From a virus, in the UHGV virus genome UHGV-1366781: DNA of 39,267 bases. The stretch is one strand, 5' to 3'. The notes under the pieces are model-generated. The model did not search any database. It worked only from the letters and a program-made list of their open reading frames with translations, and was not told where the DNA came from. Below, in pieces: positions 34,429 through 39,267 of the stretch. Within the stretch, counting starts at the first letter, position 1, and each line of letters begins with the position of its first letter. The position numbers and the translations under genes are program-made.

Positions 34429-34727
34429 TAGAACACCTCCCGTACAGTAGCGGGAGACAGCTTGAAGCTGTCCTTATCAGAATACTCTTCGTGCATATCT
34501 TTGATAGCCTCACGGAAAGACGCTCGCACAAGGAAGGCCATCACCCCATCCATACCATACGTCAGAAACTGGACAATCATCTCTTTCTGTTTACCATTGG
34601 GGACAATAGCGCCTGAGCCAACCTGCTTACACAGGTGCAGAATGTCTTTCTCCAAGATTGCCTGAACGTCAGATGCCATCTTAGAGGTAACATCGAAGGA
34701 CACTTTAAATTTCTTGGTCATAGCCAT
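34428..34727 (-). CDS. 5.5: gp5.5 (H-NS-binding protein in T7)
   Basis: 99 aa; MAMTKKFKVSFDVT.KM.S..QAILEKD.LHLCKQVGSGAIVPNGKQKEMIVQFLT.GMDG is near-identical to T7 gp5.5. Confidence 0.92.
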   Translation of the reverse strand: MAMTKKFKVSFDVTSKMASDVQAILEKDILHLCKQVGSGAIVPNGKQKEMIVQFLTYGMDGVMAFLVRASFREAIKDMHEEYSDKDSFKLSPATVREVF

Positions 34728-34746
34728 AATAATTTCTCCTATAGAA

Positions 34747-36861
34747 TTAGTGACAGACGGCCCAATTCGGCCCCATCTTACCCTCGGTATCTAAACGACA
34801 ACGGAAAGCCCAATGCTCTCCGACCCAACGCATAGCTTCCTGCGCGGTGTCAATAACAATCTGAGCGATGTGCTCTGTACGGCAGGCCACCTGAATCTCA
34901 TCGTGAACCCAAGCCATGTACGCAAAGTCACCATCCCAGCCATGCTTCAAGCCTTTCTCAATGAGCATCTCTTCGGTCTTGATAATCCACAGCTTACAAA
35001 TTAGAGCACCAGCAGACTGCAACAATGTGTTGAGCGCTGCGTGTGGAGACCTGACGTGAACCTTGCGGCCATCCAGACCCTTAATCCAACGGCGTTTCCA
35101 CTGGACTTTCTGCTCACCACCAATCCAAGCGGAAGACTTAACGAGAGATTGTTGGATAGCTTCTCGTAGCGCTGCAATCGCCGGGGTGTTCTCTAAGAAT
35201 TTCTTCTTGAGTTCCTTCCCGCGCTCCTTCCCTGCCCCAACAATCTGACCAATCTTCTCATCTCCGGCTCCGTAAAGGAACCCGTAAATGAAGGTCTTGG
35301 CGTTGTCGCGCGTTGGGAGTTCCGCAGCGTTCTGGTTCTTGGTGTGAATGTCACCGTTGAGAATCTCATTCGCATACTCTCCATTGTCGAAGCGAGCCAT
35401 GAAGTGTGCCAGACAGCGCAACTCTAAGCCACTGGCGTCTATCCCCGCTTGCACCCACGGCTTGCCAGTAATCCCATCCAAATGATGTTCAGCACCAAAA
35501 GCGCTACGACACTGCTCCCCGTAAGGAGAACGAACGCCGGGTACTTGTGCAAGGTTTGGGAAACTATGAGTAGCACGACCAGTAACTGCACCGTTAGGGT
35601 TAACGGCTCCATGAATCTTACCATCATCTTGAACATAACGTAACCACGCTTTGTCACCCTCTGCCGCCTGACCGATTCGCTTCTGAATCATCAGGTACTC
35701 TTTAATCAAGTCAATGCACGCCTGCTTCTCAGGGTCATCCACTCGTACATGCTCCAAGACCTCATCGTCCACCACAGGCGCACCCTTCTCGGTGAACTTC
35801 TCAGGAACCCATCCGGCCTCCTGTAGTTTCTTCTGAATGTGGTCACGGCTACTTGGCTTGAACGTAACGAACTCGACCGGAGTATACGGAGCACCCTCCA
35901 TGTAATCCCTCGTGTCCAAGTCGCAAGGTTCAAGACCTTCGCGCTGTGCCTTATTACGAGGCTTCTTATACACTCCACCCTGTTTCGGATAGACCACGCG
36001 AGGATAACTCGGCAGCGGCTTGCCTGTCCGTGGGTGCTTGAAGAGTTCCTTACCACCTTTCGGTTGATACCACGAGCCAAACGTTTCGGTTAACTTTCGC
36101 AGAAGCTCTGCGCGTTTCGCTGCCAGTTCTACATAAAGTTCCTCAATTGCCTGTGTGTTGAACGGGAAGCCGTTACGCTCCTGCTTCGCTAACAGCCACG
36201 CTGCACGATGTTCAATATCCACAGACTCGCCAGCTTCGCGCCAGAATAAATCCGCATCGTACTTCGTGAAGTCCATACCCTCAGGGAAGTAGTGGAGGTC
36301 TGTAAGGAATTTCTCTAAGAGCTTGACAGTGACCACAACGTCTTGAACGTTATACGCCATCATCGGCTCGTTGAACGAAACCCACTCAGCACCATCAACA
36401 TATTCTTCGCCCTGCTCTTCTAGCATAGCCTTGAAGTCGTCCTTGTATTCACCTTTCATCTCGCCCAAGCGATAACCCCATGCCTCAAGAGCGTGAGACC
36501 CGAAGCGACGACCGGGTAGTTTCCCGGAACGAAGAAGCCCCATGTCTGTGTCTTTAAGGTTCGCATGAAGTAAACGCGAGAGTACCAGTGTGTCAATACA
36601 ATTCTCACGTGGTAACTTGAAGTCACGATTGAGTTGCAGCTTTGCGAGTTTCTCTAAAGCCGGAACGTCATATTTGTGACCGTTATGGAAAACAATAAGC
36701 CCACCTCGCTTCACCTCGGCTTCCAGCGCATCCAGATACGCCCCGAAGTCGCCCGGACGATAACTATGATACTCACCATCACGGTAGTCATAGATAACGC
36801 CACAGTGAAACTTGGTGACTTTCTCTAAGAGGTTGTTGGCCTCAATGTCACTTACGAGCAT
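34747..36861 (-). CDS. 5: gp5 DNA polymerase (family A; thioredoxin-binding type)
   Basis: 704 aa, the same length as T7 gp5, with long identical runs (MLVSDIEAN.LLE.VTKFHCGVIYDY...). AAGGAGGG upstream. Confidence 0.98.
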   Translation of the reverse strand: MLVSDIEANNLLEKVTKFHCGVIYDYRDGEYHSYRPGDFGAYLDALEAEVKRGGLIVFHNGHKYDVPALEKLAKLQLNRDFKLPRENCIDTLVLSRLLHANLKDTDMGLLRSGKLPGRRFGSHALEAWGYRLGEMKGEYKDDFKAMLEEQGEEYVDGAEWVSFNEPMMAYNVQDVVVTVKLLEKFLTDLHYFPEGMDFTKYDADLFWREAGESVDIEHRAAWLLAKQERNGFPFNTQAIEELYVELAAKRAELLRKLTETFGSWYQPKGGKELFKHPRTGKPLPSYPRVVYPKQGGVYKKPRNKAQREGLEPCDLDTRDYMEGAPYTPVEFVTFKPSSRDHIQKKLQEAGWVPEKFTEKGAPVVDDEVLEHVRVDDPEKQACIDLIKEYLMIQKRIGQAAEGDKAWLRYVQDDGKIHGAVNPNGAVTGRATHSFPNLAQVPGVRSPYGEQCRSAFGAEHHLDGITGKPWVQAGIDASGLELRCLAHFMARFDNGEYANEILNGDIHTKNQNAAELPTRDNAKTFIYGFLYGAGDEKIGQIVGAGKERGKELKKKFLENTPAIAALREAIQQSLVKSSAWIGGEQKVQWKRRWIKGLDGRKVHVRSPHAALNTLLQSAGALICKLWIIKTEEMLIEKGLKHGWDGDFAYMAWVHDEIQVACRTEHIAQIVIDTAQEAMRWVGEHWAFRCRLDTEGKMGPNWAVCH

Positions 36862-36883
36862 AATGCCCTCCTTTGGTTTCGTG

Positions 36884-36928
36884 CTAAATGATAATCATAA
36901 AGGCCACCCTTGGGCGACCTTGAGTTTA
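36884..36928 (-). promoter_or_regulatory. RNase III processing site R4.7, between 4.5 and 5
   Basis: gataatcataaaggccacccttgggcgaccttgagtttatcac. Confidence 0.7.
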
Positions 36929-37213
36929 TCACTTCTCGATAATCTCTTGCATACCAGCGCCGAACTCTACCAGACGCTCACGGTTATCGCCGACCACCTT
37001 GTCAGCAGCCATAGTCAGGGCACCCATAAGGCGACCGACCTGCTTGTCATCCAAGGTCATGCGTTGAGTGTGTGCTTTCGGAGACTTGTGGTCTTTCCAG
37101 CGGTAGACCATTGTTACCTTCTCGCCACGCACATTGATATGAACTCGGCGGGCGAACTGGTCAGCGGTGTCCGGCAGACGGATGGTGTTTGCGTGAGTGA
37201 TTGACTTGCTCAT
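36929..37213 (-). CDS. 4.5: gp4.5 hypothetical protein
   Basis: 94 aa ORF in the 4.5 position (T7 gp4.5 is 89 aa). Confidence 0.75.
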   Translation of the reverse strand: MSKSITHANTIRLPDTADQFARRVHINVRGEKVTMVYRWKDHKSPKAHTQRMTLDDKQVGRLMGALTMAADKVVGDNRERLVEFGAGMQEIIEK

Positions 37214-37225
37214 GGATTGTGCTCC

Positions 37226-37438
37226 TTACTCAAAGAATTTGCTCATGGACTGTGCTTTGGCTGCAATCGCTGCCGACTTGTGGATGCCACTAACAGCCGC
37301 ATCGGATTTCTCGCGGGACTGTTTCGCCAACTCAATGGCTCGCTGTGAATCAGCTTTGGCTTTCTTGTCCAGCTTCTTGGCTTCGATGAAATACAGTTTT
37401 ACTACCAGCTTGCCTAAAGTGTTAATGAATTTAAACAT
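37226..37438 (-). CDS. 4.3: gp4.3 hypothetical protein
   Basis: 70 aa, the same size as T7 gp4.3; directly downstream of the phi4.3 promoter. Confidence 0.75.
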   Translation of the reverse strand: MFKFINTLGKLVVKLYFIEAKKLDKKAKADSQRAIELAKQSREKSDAAVSGIHKSAAIAAKAQSMSKFFE

Positions 37439-37466
37439 GGTGTGTGTCTCCTATGGTTTAATGGTT

Positions 37467-37490
37467 GTCCCCGTTAGTGAGGGTTAATTA
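37467..37490 (-). promoter_or_regulatory. T3-type promoter phi4.3 (AATTAACCCTCACTAACGGGGAC)
   Basis: Between the gene 4 stop and the 4.3 start. Confidence 0.75.
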
Positions 37491-37536
37491 GTGGTACATG
37501 ATTCCATCGCAATCGGAATGCCCACACGGGCATCCT

Positions 37537-39267
<1,731 letters not shown>

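Overview
The window is an entire T3-like phage genome (T7 group, Autographiviridae), given as the reverse complement of the conventional map and circularly permuted. I base this on 15 copies of the T3-type RNA polymerase promoter in reverse orientation (plus strand reads tctccctttagtgagggttaatt, the reverse complement of AATTAACCCTCACTAAAGGGAGA). Every ORF with recognisable homology lies on the minus strand, in T7/T3 gene order 4 -> 19.5 read from high to low coordinates. The RNA polymerase protein is near-identical to my recollection of T3 gp1. Gene 4 starts at the right edge and its phi4-type promoter sits at the left edge, so the assembly is circularised; the window edge falls in the 3.5-4 intergenic region. 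The concatemer junction, with one collapsed ~230 bp terminal repeat, CCTAAAG-type 7-mers, phiOL/phiOR and E. coli promoters A1-A3, lies at about 10.6-12.15 kb. I see no tRNAs, CRISPR arrays, integrase or lysogeny functions; the phage looks strictly lytic. The T3-style complement is complete: SAM-hydrolase 0.3, kinase 0.7, RNAP, ligase, SSB, endonuclease, lysozyme, primase-helicase, DNA polymerase, exonuclease, portal, scaffold, capsid, tail tube, core proteins, tail fibre, holin, spanins and terminase. Genes 1.4, 2.8, 3.8, 4.7, 5.3 and 7 are absent, as in T3. Three gene-sized insertions relative to the T3 layout are the main accessory content. First, an endonuclease VII-type HNH ORF between the 0.6-like genes and 0.7. 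Second, an HNH_3/AP2-type endonuclease ORF between the large terminase gene 19 and phiOR/19.5. Third, a 128-aa ORF with a strong Shine-Dalgarno (SD) sequence between tail fibre gene 17 and holin 17.5, possibly a Tfa-like fibre chaperone, next to a tail fibre whose distal C-terminal module diverges from T7. Further points: eight RNase III sites sharing one long motif (phi6.5 sits inside one); the TE and Tphi terminators; a probable gene 10 -1 frameshift extension; two small translationally coupled Zn-ribbon ORFs; a 21-bp tandem duplication in gene 17; and two variant promoters. Plus-strand ORFs in the track are all antisense artefacts. All coordinates were hand-read from the printed sequence and may be off by 1-3 nt. 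All homology statements come from memory of the T7 and T3 proteins, not from a search.
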